Counted from the first letter of the stretch, positions 18,646 to 29,210 are shown. The stretch: 55,961 nucleotides of DNA from Verrucomicrobiota bacterium (GCA_027622665.1 JAQBYT010000024.1:1-55961), one strand, 5' to 3'. Notes: generated from the sequence alone by a model not told the origin. Numbers and translations are program-made.

Positions 18646-21108
18646 TTACTCCTCGCCCTTGTTCTTGCGCTTGCGAAAACGTCGCAGGAATTGAAACCCG
18701 GGCAACATCAATAGCCCGGTAACCATAACGTAGGTCGAAGGTTCGGGCACAGCGGAGTAGCCGAGAATGAAGTTGCCTCCGGCGTAAGAAACTCCCCAAC
18801 CGCCATTGCCCCAGTAACTGTTTGAATAGTGGAATGCATCGGCATTGATGACGAAGTAATCGTTAATTTCGGTGTCCGTCCATTGACTGCCTCCGGTCCA
18901 ATTAACGGTTCCTCCAGTTAGAAAGGCAAAGCTGCCAGTCTTGTTCAAAAGGTTTTTCGAACCTGCAGCCGAGACACTGAAATCCTGCATCCCCGCCGAA
19001 CCATCAGGCGCCACCCCGTATATATTAATGGCAAATCGATCACTTTTGGCTCCCAGAGTAAGTGCGTCGAACTGCAATACGTCCCAATCCGCACCGGCAC
19101 CATTACCCCCTTCGAAATCCCTAATTTCCCAGTCGAAGACACCTCCGGCCTTCAGTCCGAGCGTGTTGATCTTCATCGTGCCGATGCTGTTTGCAACAGC
19201 TACGGTACCGCTATCGTCCTTATTGCCCCCTATCACCTGATAGTCGCTGGTGCCATTCGACATGGAAGAGGCATGAGCGATGCCGGGACTCACTACGTCG
19301 ACTTCGTTATTTCCGCTTCCAATATTAAGAATATTTCCGGCATTTGTGATAGTCCCCACGCTATTGCCTACGCCGCCGCCAATAACGCTCTTCATGTCCG
19401 TATTGTCGTTTGTACCCTGTCCGGCAATTGCGTTGGCGACTGTAATTCCTCCGGCCACGGAAAGCTTTCCGTGCTCAATGGTTGTGGTTCCGGCCCCTAG
19501 AGCGTCAGCATGGCCAGCTACGACAATACCGCCATCGGTAGCACCACCGCCATCGGCTATGGTTATACCTCCTGTGAAAGTGTTGTCCCCACTAAGAGTC
19601 AGTTTGCCGCTACCGGTCTTCTTCAAGGTGGCGCCGGAACCATCGTCGCCGATGATGCCGGTGATTTTTTGGTGATCATCGAAATCCGAAGCTGTCACCC
19701 CGCCGACCTTCAAAGTGTTGGTTCCAGAATCGCTAAGCGTTATCCCTCCGGCAAAGGTTTGGGCAGTGGTAGTACTGGCAAAGCCGAGTTCCACGACATG
19801 GGAAGCACCTCCAGAATTATCAATAGCCAAGGTGCCGGGAGTACCATCGTCTGTCAGATATTCAAAGCTTTGGGTAATGTTCCCGGGTTTGAGGATCAAA
19901 GCGGCCTCATCGATGGATAAGATTCCGGTAGTGTTTATGGCACCGGTGAACTCTTGCGTACCTGCACCTACCTTGTGGATATTGGTCTTGTTCGAAATGA
20001 CTCCGGAATAGGTGTAGTCGGTCGTAGCATCAGCTCCTGCGGAAGGAGCCAATACGGTAAGATCATATGCCGTGCCGGCATCTCCGGTAATGTTTGCGGT
20101 GCTGACGGCGTTGTCCAAATTACTGACAATGGTATCAGCGGCAAGGGTTAGGGCACCCGTACGATACGTAATGGTGGCCGTACGAACGGTGTCGCTGTCT
20201 CCTGTGCCGAGTGTATTGCCCGAACCGATCTTCACTCCGGAATAATCGTCGGAGTCCAGCTCCATGTCATAGTTGGCGACGCTATTGCTGCTAGCAGGAT
20301 CATGGACATACATGACAACGTCGCTCGGCGTGTCAGATGTTGCCTTCCATTTCCATGCCGGGTTGGTTATGGTATTGTAGCGAGAAGTACCCGAGGAAAG
20401 GGCACCTTGTTCTCCGGAACTGGAAGCGGGATTAACGTCATAAAACCTCATAGCCAAGAAACCTTGAGCTTGCCCACCAGCGAGGGCGGAAGCAGTATCC
20501 AGTTTCGCGACAACGTCACTAAGAGTTGCACCGGAATAAGGGTTTGTATCCTCTCTCTTATAATCAGGGACGCCATAGTTAGTTTTGGCAATGTTGCTAC
20601 CCGAAGTGAACTGAGTGCCTGTGGGTAATATTCGCCCAGCGGCGTTTTCGTCGCTGTCAGCACCGTTGCTGAGCATCCCGATTCTGGTCGTACTGGTAAG
20701 AGGAATCCAATAATTGCCCCTGAACAAATCGCCGGTAACAGCGGAGGGAGTGCCCGCAGCGTCCGAAGCGAAATAACCGAGTTCCACTAAATCACCACTG
20801 GTGCTTACGGCGGGTAGCGTACCGTAGACGTCTTGAGCCAGTTTAGCAGCGCCAGCGCCAGCGCCATTCAAACCGTAGAACTCCATCATCGTTAAACCAT
20901 TTAAACCGCCTTGTATCTCCCACCAGTCAGCATTCCCCCACTTGACTACTCCAGTAGCGGCCTTTGAATCAATCGATGGAAAAAGCAACAGTCCACAAAG
21001 TGAAAAAATGCACGAAACATTTGCCGACCGCCTGCCCGAGATGACAGAGGAAATATCGCGAAGAAGAGGACTTGATCCTTTTCTCGGTTTTTTAAAAAGG
21101 GGAAACAT
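18646..21108 (-). CDS. PEP-CTERM surface protein with autotransporter-associated beta-strand repeats
   Basis: C-terminal VPEPSTY + TM + RRFRKRK; LKKTGSGKLTLSGDNTFTGGITI repeat. Confidence 0.88.
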   Translation of the reverse strand: MFPLFKKPRKGSSPLLRDISSVISGRRSANVSCIFSLCGLLLFPSIDSKAATGVVKWGNADWWEIQGGLNGLTMMEFYGLNGAGAGAAKLAQDVYGTLPAVSTSGDLVELGYFASDAAGTPSAVTGDLFRGNYWIPLTSTTRIGMLSNGADSDENAAGRILPTGTQFTSGSNIAKTNYGVPDYKREDTNPYSGATLSDVVAKLDTASALAGGQAQGFLAMRFYDVNPASSSGEQGALSSGTSRYNTITNPAWKWKATSDTPSDVVMYVHDPASSNSVANYDMELDSDDYSGVKIGSGNTLGTGDSDTVRTATITYRTGALTLAADTIVSNLDNAVSTANITGDAGTAYDLTVLAPSAGADATTDYTYSGVISNKTNIHKVGAGTQEFTGAINTTGILSIDEAALILKPGNITQSFEYLTDDGTPGTLAIDNSGGASHVVELGFASTTTAQTFAGGITLSDSGTNTLKVGGVTASDFDDHQKITGIIGDDGSGATLKKTGSGKLTLSGDNTFTGGITIADGGGATDGGIVVAGHADALGAGTTTIEHGKLSVAGGITVANAIAGQGTNDNTDMKSVIGGGVGNSVGTITNAGNILNIGSGNNEVDVVSPGIAHASSMSNGTSDYQVIGGNKDDSGTVAVANSIGTMKINTLGLKAGGVFDWEIRDFEGGNGAGADWDVLQFDALTLGAKSDRFAINIYGVAPDGSAGMQDFSVSAAGSKNLLNKTGSFAFLTGGTVNWTGGSQWTDTEINDYFVINADAFHYSNSYWGNGGWGVSYAGGNFILGYSAVPEPSTYVMVTGLLMLPGFQFLRRFRKRKNKGEE

Positions 21109-21293
21109 TTTGTGATGCTTAATAACTAAAGCCCCGAAATCTCACTTCGTCAACTTATTTAAAGTTTTTTCATGCTTGTTCCAAGAGCTCTGGAATTCTG
21201 AAAACCCGAAATCATAGTAGTTTAGGGAATCGATGCCAAGAAGCTGTGATACTCGCTCGACAGTTGGCTAAATAAAGAACTTTGTAAACGCAC

Positions 21294-21323
21294 TTGCATT
21301 CAATACGATTCGCCCCGTATATT
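21294..21323 (+). promoter_or_regulatory. Candidate sigma70 promoter for the giant adhesin gene
   Basis: TTGCAT-18 nt-TATATT, ~90 nt upstream of the GTG at 21415. Confidence 0.35.
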
Positions 21324-21414
21324 GCCGAATGTACATGAGCGGAATAAATCAACATGTGGACGCAACTCCTTGGTAGGCATAGCTCGCCACAATACTTGGT
21401 TCACTTTGAGAGGT

Positions 21415-24400
21415 GTGATTTTCGTTAGGTTTAACTTTTCCTTCCTCGCGCGCACCTGTGCATCGATCGCCTTGCTGATCGGCTTCGCCCAGTCGTATGC
21501 CGTCGAACAGCAATTGGTGGTTCACTGGAAAAGTTCCACTTCTGAAGACGCCACGGATTTATTGAAAGACCGCAACGGCGTTAAACTTAATAGCGGCGCG
21601 GGTCCAAACCACGATGGCGACACAGTGACCTTGGGGTATTTCACCGAGGCCACCTCTTCCGGCGTGGACTCCGACTTATTTCTAGGTGAATGGGTGCCAC
21701 TTACTACAGGAACCAAAATAGGAGATTCCAGTAGCGGTTATGGTTATGGAGACGGAATGTTCTCTTTCACTACAGTATTTACGATCGGAACTAATTCAGT
21801 GTCGGTCTATCCGAACGAACCAGCCGGCTATGTTGTAACTGCTCCCGCTATCATCAATACCACCACCCCGAGACCGGGAAGTCCCATCGCCATTCGTTTT
21901 TACGATTTGGACCCGACCAACGGCACGGTCAAGTACAACACGGTATCCAACGTAAACTGGAAGTGGCCTTCGGTATCAGGAGGGATTCCGTCCAATTTAT
22001 ATATTAAAGCCTCGAGCGGAACTGCTGCGGTGGCTTCCAAATGGACTTATGGCAATACTTTCGAAGCCCCGGGCTCTCCCTTCCAAACAGTGCTCGGAGC
22101 GATGGCCACCTTGTCCTTGTCCGCAGGCTCCGGGGGTAGCGCAATCGTTGTCGATAGTATCGAAACCGAGTTCGACTATGGAAAAGTACTCACGGTCCAA
22201 GCAACGGCAGACGCCGCCAAGGAATTCCTCAGATGGGAGGATGGTAACGGAGGAGTCGCCGGAGTCGCCGAACCAACGCTGGACACGACCACCGTGACGA
22301 TGACGAAGGCAATTACCATCAAGGCAATCTTCCAAGACGTGCGCCATGACGTCGTTCTGAGCACCAGCGGAGGAGGCAACTTGGACGGGAACGGTTCCTT
22401 TGTTAATGGGTCATCCCCGACCATAACGGCAACACCCCTGGCCGGGTACCAGTTTATGAAATGGGATCCTGCGACTGGTTTAACGGACAGAAACTCGGCA
22501 ACAACAACCATCCCGACAATCGATCAAGATCGAACTTATATTGCGGACTTCGATCCCCTAGAGTATAGCTCCGCCCAGATTGAGGGACAGAGCACGCATG
22601 GCGGAAACGTACACCTTCAACCAGGCCCAAAAATCCACTTTTCCGCCTACTCCTTGTCAGCGGAACCTTGGGTAGGCTATTCCTTTGTGAATTGGACAAG
22701 CGCCACCAGTTCTCTTGGAGCCCTATCGTCCCCACTTGACGAAAACGCCACCTTGACGGTGGACGGACCAGCCACCTTCACCGCACATTTCGTGGAGAAT
22801 CAATACAGCCTAACCGTGGGCACCCCCAACAACGGGTGGGGCACGGCGACTCCCTCCGGCGCGGATACATACCTGTTTTCACAAGCAATACCCGTTTCCG
22901 CCAACGCCCAAATCGGATACAAATTCTCCAATTGGACCGGAGACCTCGGCGCCTTGACCGATTCACTAAGCTCCTCGACCGACGCAAACATGTCGAGATT
23001 AGCGAAAAACATAACTCTCCAAGCTCATTTCGCCCCGAAGACCTACGCACTAGAAACAACTGCATCCACCGGAGGTACTATAACCGTAGCTCCACCGGGA
23101 ACGGTTCAGCACAAAGTAACTTACCCGATCAAGGCCGTACCCGAACCGGGGTATGTATTTACCCGTTGGGAAAGCAATTCCAGTTCCCAGATCATCATTC
23201 TCGATACCGCCGAGGAAACAATGGTCTATATATCAAACACCCCCGGTTTCTCTCTCGAGGAAGGGAACCAAATATCGATCACAGCCAGATTCGCGGCCCT
23301 GCCCTACACCCTGTTCGCAACCGCAAGTTCGGGCGGCAAGGTCAAGATTCCCGGTATGCCCGTGGCCGCAACTGAAGGAAACAGCACCTTCCCTTCGGAC
23401 GCAACTCCCACAATCGAAGCGATCCCGAGTACAGGATATCTGTTCTCCCATTGGAGCGAGGACAATGCCACACTGAATAACGCGACGGCACCCACGACGA
23501 CCGTGAACATGGCTATGCTGGACAGAAACGTGACGCTTGCGGCAAATTTCTCAAAGAAAACTTACAACGTATCCGCACAAGTCTCAGGTTCCGGAAAGGT
23601 GGATGGGGTTGATACCCTCTCAAAAACCTACTCTCATTTCGACCAAGCTTCATTCTTGGCAACACCCTCGCCGGGATGGCGCCTCGACCACTGGTCTTGG
23701 AACAATGCCGCCAATTTCCCCGGAGCGACCCAGCAATCCGCCTCTTTTATCGTCGCAGGAGCAACGGACATAACAGCTCACTTTTCGCGGAACCTATACC
23801 AATTGTCTTTCGCAAACGTCCTCAACGGAAGCGCCACCGGTGCCGGCAATTATTCTTTCGACTCAAATGCAACAATCACCGCAACCCCTGAAGATGGTTA
23901 TGTTTTTTCTCATTGGTCGGGTCCTACTCCTTTACCTTTGGCAGCAACGAATGCCTCCACCACTACAGTGCGCATACCGGTGGGCGACATCGCGCTAACC
24001 CCTAACTTTGCGCCGAAAGGCGGTATCGTCGCCGAGGTACAGGCAAGCGGAAAAGGTTCCGTATCGGGCGACGGAATCTTTCTTTATGATTCAAACGTAA
24101 CTGTAACGGCAGCCCCTGCCTCCGCCGACGCGGACTCTGCGCAAGGTTATTACTTCAAGCAATGGACTTGGAGTTCAACCAACGGCACGGGTTCCAGTGA
24201 TGACAATCCGTTTAGCTTCAGAATTGATTCCGACATTACGTTGACTGCAGAATTCCTCCCTGTGCCTCCTGATAGCTACTACCTCCGACTTGATAAATCC
24301 ACGGTTGCGGGTGGCGCCACGAATGGCAGCGGTTACGTAGTCGAAGGTGTTCTCCACAGTATATCGGCAACTCCGGCAGAGGGATACACCTTCTTGGGCT

Positions 24401-27400
24401 GGAAAAGTGAACAAGCCGTCACTTTGCAACCGGACGATGGAAGTGTTTCCGGATTACTCAGCATCAATAGAGACACCACGCTGACTGCGCATTTTCGAGC
24501 GAATGTCCGCAAGTTGAAGGTTTCCGCCGGTAGCGGAGGAAGCACCGCTGGCGGAGGTGACGCATTCGCCCACGGCACTCAAGCAACCATTGTCGCCATT
24601 TCTGATGCAAACCACACTTTCGATCGGTGGAACATCGAAAAAGAAATAAGCTACAAGGTCACTCTCGGAAGCAAATCGATCGGAGGAAGCAATCCCATAT
24701 TTTCAATTGACGGTGAGGAACGACCAAATATCTCACTGATCCGAGGTTTCACTTACACGTTCGAGGTTAACACAAACGACATAAACACAAACGACAGTTA
24801 TCCATTCTACCTGTCGGAAAAGCCCGAAAACTCCCCTACCTACGAAGGAGAATACCTTGCCGGTGTAACCGGAAGCAGAGTGTCGAATGGGAACCTAGTT
24901 TTCACCGTTCCGACAACAGCGCCCGATCTCCTGTATTATAATTCTCCAAACACCGGATCAATGGGGAGCCCCCTCACCGTCTTGAGCAAATCCGACCTTG
25001 AAATATTGCCGGGACTTTCGGAATTCAAAACGAATGCACCTCTTGTTGCCGACTTGCACATTAAAGCAATGTTCGCCCCAAAACGATACAACTTGACTGT
25101 TCTCACTGGAGCAGGCGGTTCTCTTCCGGGAGAGAATCCATCCGGTTCTTACACACATGACGCTCAAGTGGTCATCTCTGCCAACGAGCCCGTTAACGAA
25201 CATTACGTATTTTCCGGGTGGACAGGAAACGGCATTATCAACCCCGGCCAACCGACCACAAAGGTTCTAATGACCGGGCCAACCACCGTTACCGCACAAT
25301 ATTCTCCAAAACTTTATACTATTACCGTAAACAGTGAGCCAGCCGATTTGGGAGTCTCTTACATCGACCCAGTCGGTCAGGAGAAGAACGGCACATATAA
25401 TTCCGACATCACTTTGGTTGCGACCCCAAACCCGGGGAACAGCTTCACGCATTGGACCGGAATTTCCGTAGCGAATCCGTATAGCCCAAGAACTACTCTC
25501 ACCGTAACGGAGACAGGGTCAGCCACTGCCCATTTCCAAACAGGTGTATACTACCTCAATGCTTCGAGTAAAACGACCAATCAAAGCGGAACAATCCTAT
25601 CGCAAGAAGGCGGAACAATTACAGCTGGCAATTCTTACGCATACGGATCAAAGGCAAACATTAGAGCAAGAGCTTTCTCAGGATTCGAATTCGTGGAATG
25701 GAAGGTAAACAAAACGATCAATTACGAGCTTTCCGTTTCGAAGACGCTTGCGTCTGAAGGTTTTTTTGTAATCAAGGGACAAGACCATCCAAATCTGGTT
25801 CTCTTACGGGGTTATATCTACAACTTCAACCTAGATGGTAGTTCCACGCTTGGAAACAAATTCTATGTGAGCGAAAGTCCGGACTCCGACATCCCCTATA
25901 CCGCTGGGTTAACCAGTAGTCCCGCAGACAGTGGATTGGTTAGCTTTAACGTATCGCAATCCACTCCGGACAAGCTCTACTACGGTGTGCTCGGACGAGC
26001 GGGTTTCGGAAACGAAATTATAATTGCGGATGACGATGTTAGCCAGAACGAGCACTTCAAGGGAACAGATGCGACCACTAGCGTCGCTATGCTAGCCGAC
26101 AAATCCGTAACGGCAGTCTTTCGAATCGAATCTCATTCGATCGCTTATGATTCCATCCCTTCGTATGGAGGCACGATTAGCGTGGAAGGAGACAACCCCG
26201 CCGAACATGGATCAACCGTGACCCTCACCGCTTCGCCTGTGCCAGGTTTCAAGTTCGAATCATGGTCAGGTGACGACCTTATCGACAAGAACAATCCCGT
26301 ACTCGACCTCAACCTCACAAGCTCGAAAACGGTGGCTGCGCGTTTTGCCCAAATTGGTGAGATTGAATTGATCTTAAGCGTTTCACCGGAGGGAGCGGGT
26401 TCGGTATCAGGAGCCGGGCGTTACCCCTTTAATCCTGCTCACCCGATTTCAGCTACTCCAAAACTCGGTTACAAGTTTCTCAGATGGGAAGGTGCCGGGA
26501 TTGCCGATGAACTGGTCAATCATTCAGCCGTTAAAATCGATCTGACTTCCGATCGATCGCTAACAGCTGTCTTTGAGCAAATATTCGAGCAACAATTCGC
26601 CTTGAATTTCTCGATTACTCCCATCGCCGGCGGTAAGGCCAACGGCTCGGGTTACTTCACCGCAAATACCAGCCATCCCATTTCTGCGGAACCCAATCCG
26701 GGATATCGCTTCTTCGGTTGGCAAGGAGAGGGCATAGCCGACAAGCAAGCGCAACAAACGACGCTTTCATTAACTTCCGACACAACTATTTCAGTAATCT
26801 TCGAAAAGACTGCTTCAGAAAACACCAGTGGACCCGATCTGCTTGCAGAGGCACTATCCGAGTTCGATCCGATCGTTTACCTTGATCGAAACGCTGATCT
26901 CAAAAGCACCTACAAAGACAATCTCGCCCAAGCCTTTAATCATTTCGTCAATCAAGGTTTTGCCGAGGGTCGTCCCTACAAACCGGATCCATCTGCAAGC
27001 CAACCGGCTTCTCCACCTAGCAGCCAGCCAAAGACTATGGTAAAAGCGTTAGAGGTTTTTGATCCTGTCGTCTACCTAAGTCTCAATCCGGATTTAGCTT
27101 CGTTTTACGGCACGGATTTAGACAAAGCGAAAGGCCACTTCATTGAGTATGGCTTTGAATTGGGTCGGGCTTTTGTGCCGGCTACCTACAACCCCAGCGC
27201 AACCCCCATACCTGCCCATGGATTCACCTCGATGGATCATGCTCTTGAAGCTTTCGAATCAGAAGAATACCTAGCCCTCAATCCAATTATTTCGTCGATC
27301 CTGGGAAGCCATAACTTAACTGCCGCCAAAAATCACTTCATCCAGTATGGTTTCCAACATGGACTAGGTTTTTCGACCACGGCTACGGCAAGCAACACGG

Positions 27401-28578
27401 TAGCTCCTGACCCTACGCTTCTCACCCTTGAGCAAGCGCTGTCAGATTTCGATCCGCTTACCTATCTAAAGGTAAATTACGCAGTACATGAAGCAATCGG
27501 AAATGATCTGGATGCCGCAACCGAACACTTCATTGCCAATTGGGAAGAGCACCGGGAAACTTACAAGGACACATCGGCAAGCGAAAACCTCGGAGGCAAA
27601 CTGCCCGAAGACATGTCATTGGATCAGGCTCTTCAAACATTCGATCCCTCCAACTACCTAGCGGCGAACCCGGATATCGCTGCGACTCTGGGCAACGATT
27701 TCAAGACAGCCGAAACACATTTCATCAATCATGGCTATGAACAGGGCAGAGAATTCCGTTCCGCTGAACAAAAAGAAACGACGGACTCAACAACCTCTAC
27801 CACCACGCGAACATTGTCCGAGGCACTATCAAACTTCGTCCCGAGCATGTATCTCGCTCTCAATCCTGACCTTAAAACTACCATTGGCGAAAACCCAGAA
27901 AAATTAAAAGAGCACTTTGTCGAATGGGGAAATAACGCAGGACGCCCGACCCAGCCCGAGGATTTATCCACGGGATTTGATGGAAACGGCACGGGCAATC
28001 AAGGACTATTCACTCTACGATTAACGGTATTTCCGGAGGGAGCCGGATCAGTCAACGGCGCGGGAGTATTCGCCGAAAATGCATCCCCATCAATCGAGGC
28101 CAGAGCAAATTCGGGCTATATCTTCACTGAATGGCAAGGCGACGACTTAACCGATCCATCTTCGCCCCGCACGACCGTATCATTAACTGCTAACCACGAA
28201 ATATTTGCAGTTTTTCAATACATCGGAATCGGTGAAGAGTTACCGGTAGCTCGTATCCCGGGATCGAACTACATTGGTTGGGACTGGTGGCGGTCAGAGT
28301 GGTTTGGTTCATACTGGCATCAAACCAGCACTCAATGGGTTTATCACGAAAATTTGGGTTGGGTGTTCTTGGTACCGTATTCAGAAAATTCGATATGGAT
28401 GTGGGTTGATTATCTAGGCGGATGGCATTGGACAGCAAAAGATATTTATCCATTCCTACACGACAGCAACACTTCGACTTGGTTATGGTTCGATTCAATT
28501 AAGTCTCGAACAAGTGGAATTCGTATGTTCTTCCGCTATCCCAACGGTCAAACATCGGGGAACTGGGAATCCAGATAA
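21415..28578 (+). CDS. Giant secreted adhesin-like protein (~2390 aa): shared N-domain, many InlB B-repeat/Flg_new-like repeats, two inserted beta domains, six FDxxxYLxxNPD repeats, C-terminal Trp-rich domain
   Basis: Signal peptide ending FAQSYA; recurring TATPxxGYxFxxW...TAxF units. Start uncertain: GTG at 21415 after a purine-rich stretch is preferred to the track start at 21322. Confidence 0.85.
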   Translation: MIFVRFNFSFLARTCASIALLIGFAQSYAVEQQLVVHWKSSTSEDATDLLKDRNGVKLNSGAGPNHDGDTVTLGYFTEATSSGVDSDLFLGEWVPLTTGTKIGDSSSGYGYGDGMFSFTTVFTIGTNSVSVYPNEPAGYVVTAPAIINTTTPRPGSPIAIRFYDLDPTNGTVKYNTVSNVNWKWPSVSGGIPSNLYIKASSGTAAVASKWTYGNTFEAPGSPFQTVLGAMATLSLSAGSGGSAIVVDSIETEFDYGKVLTVQATADAAKEFLRWEDGNGGVAGVAEPTLDTTTVTMTKAITIKAIFQDVRHDVVLSTSGGGNLDGNGSFVNGSSPTITATPLAGYQFMKWDPATGLTDRNSATTTIPTIDQDRTYIADFDPLEYSSAQIEGQSTHGGNVHLQPGPKIHFSAYSLSAEPWVGYSFVNWTSATSSLGALSSPLDENATLTVDGPATFTAHFVENQYSLTVGTPNNGWGTATPSGADTYLFSQAIPVSANAQIGYKFSNWTGDLGALTDSLSSSTDANMSRLAKNITLQAHFAPKTYALETTASTGGTITVAPPGTVQHKVTYPIKAVPEPGYVFTRWESNSSSQIIILDTAEETMVYISNTPGFSLEEGNQISITARFAALPYTLFATASSGGKVKIPGMPVAATEGNSTFPSDATPTIEAIPSTGYLFSHWSEDNATLNNATAPTTTVNMAMLDRNVTLAANFSKKTYNVSAQVSGSGKVDGVDTLSKTYSHFDQASFLATPSPGWRLDHWSWNNAANFPGATQQSASFIVAGATDITAHFSRNLYQLSFANVLNGSATGAGNYSFDSNATITATPEDGYVFSHWSGPTPLPLAATNASTTTVRIPVGDIALTPNFAPKGGIVAEVQASGKGSVSGDGIFLYDSNVTVTAAPASADADSAQGYYFKQWTWSSTNGTGSSDDNPFSFRIDSDITLTAEFLPVPPDSYYLRLDKSTVAGGATNGSGYVVEGVLHSISATPAEGYTFLGWKSEQAVTLQPDDGSVSGLLSINRDTTLTAHFRANVRKLKVSAGSGGSTAGGGDAFAHGTQATIVAISDANHTFDRWNIEKEISYKVTLGSKSIGGSNPIFSIDGEERPNISLIRGFTYTFEVNTNDINTNDSYPFYLSEKPENSPTYEGEYLAGVTGSRVSNGNLVFTVPTTAPDLLYYNSPNTGSMGSPLTVLSKSDLEILPGLSEFKTNAPLVADLHIKAMFAPKRYNLTVLTGAGGSLPGENPSGSYTHDAQVVISANEPVNEHYVFSGWTGNGIINPGQPTTKVLMTGPTTVTAQYSPKLYTITVNSEPADLGVSYIDPVGQEKNGTYNSDITLVATPNPGNSFTHWTGISVANPYSPRTTLTVTETGSATAHFQTGVYYLNASSKTTNQSGTILSQEGGTITAGNSYAYGSKANIRARAFSGFEFVEWKVNKTINYELSVSKTLASEGFFVIKGQDHPNLVLLRGYIYNFNLDGSSTLGNKFYVSESPDSDIPYTAGLTSSPADSGLVSFNVSQSTPDKLYYGVLGRAGFGNEIIIADDDVSQNEHFKGTDATTSVAMLADKSVTAVFRIESHSIAYDSIPSYGGTISVEGDNPAEHGSTVTLTASPVPGFKFESWSGDDLIDKNNPVLDLNLTSSKTVAARFAQIGEIELILSVSPEGAGSVSGAGRYPFNPAHPISATPKLGYKFLRWEGAGIADELVNHSAVKIDLTSDRSLTAVFEQIFEQQFALNFSITPIAGGKANGSGYFTANTSHPISAEPNPGYRFFGWQGEGIADKQAQQTTLSLTSDTTISVIFEKTASENTSGPDLLAEALSEFDPIVYLDRNADLKSTYKDNLAQAFNHFVNQGFAEGRPYKPDPSASQPASPPSSQPKTMVKALEVFDPVVYLSLNPDLASFYGTDLDKAKGHFIEYGFELGRAFVPATYNPSATPIPAHGFTSMDHALEAFESEEYLALNPIISSILGSHNLTAAKNHFIQYGFQHGLGFSTTATASNTVAPDPTLLTLEQALSDFDPLTYLKVNYAVHEAIGNDLDAATEHFIANWEEHRETYKDTSASENLGGKLPEDMSLDQALQTFDPSNYLAANPDIAATLGNDFKTAETHFINHGYEQGREFRSAEQKETTDSTTSTTTRTLSEALSNFVPSMYLALNPDLKTTIGENPEKLKEHFVEWGNNAGRPTQPEDLSTGFDGNGTGNQGLFTLRLTVFPEGAGSVNGAGVFAENASPSIEARANSGYIFTEWQGDDLTDPSSPRTTVSLTANHEIFAVFQYIGIGEELPVARIPGSNYIGWDWWRSEWFGSYWHQTSTQWVYHENLGWVFLVPYSENSIWMWVDYLGGWHWTAKDIYPFLHDSNTSTWLWFDSIKSRTSGIRMFFRYPNGQTSGNWESR

Positions 28579-29146
28579 ACCCTAACCGAGAATTGACGGT
28601 AAAGACCGTTGCTAACGTATGCGTTGGTGATTCAACCTCCCATCGAGATTTCGCGTCCTACATAAGGGTTTATTGAAAACAACTCTGTGCTGCCACTCTT
28701 CCGAGGAAAGTTTCGTAGAGCCTCGAAACTGCCAGGCTAATCGCATTTAAGAATGCCACAGGGGTACAATTCCCAAGCTGCATAAAATAAAAAAGGATTT
28801 TCAACATTGGGCACGGGCAATTGAATTTCATTATCGAAAATACATGTTCCGTTCTCAGAACTTACTCCATTTAAGATCCAAGACGAAGGTGGGTAATGAT
28901 AGTCCCGAAAAGTGATACATCTACAGAATTTCAAAGACTTATCAGGGACTAATCGATTGGCCGCGTAAAGTGTTCCTTGCAATGAGAATTATAGAGAGAA
29001 TACAAAAACATGGCCTATAGTATCTCGTCCCTACACCAATAATCTCATTCGCAAATTTGCGTTTCTAGGGACGACTGAGAGTCCACGCAGAGCTCTCATA
29101 ACGAATGGCAGTATAAACAGACCGACGTGTTGAGCAATGTAAACGA

Positions 29147-29180
29147 AAACAAAAAAACCTTCGCGTTTCCGCGAAGGGTT
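29147..29180 (-). terminator. Rho-independent terminator of the 29211..31163 gene
   Basis: AACCTTCGCG-TTTC-CGCGAAGGGTT hairpin preceded by an A-run (U-tract on the minus strand). Confidence 0.85.
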
Positions 29181-29210
29181 AAAAGGTAATGAATAAAGTT
29201 TGTAGAAAAT

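Noticed and set aside
28737..28982. 81-aa ORF in the long intergenic region
   Set aside because: TTG start, no RBS, no recognisable motif.
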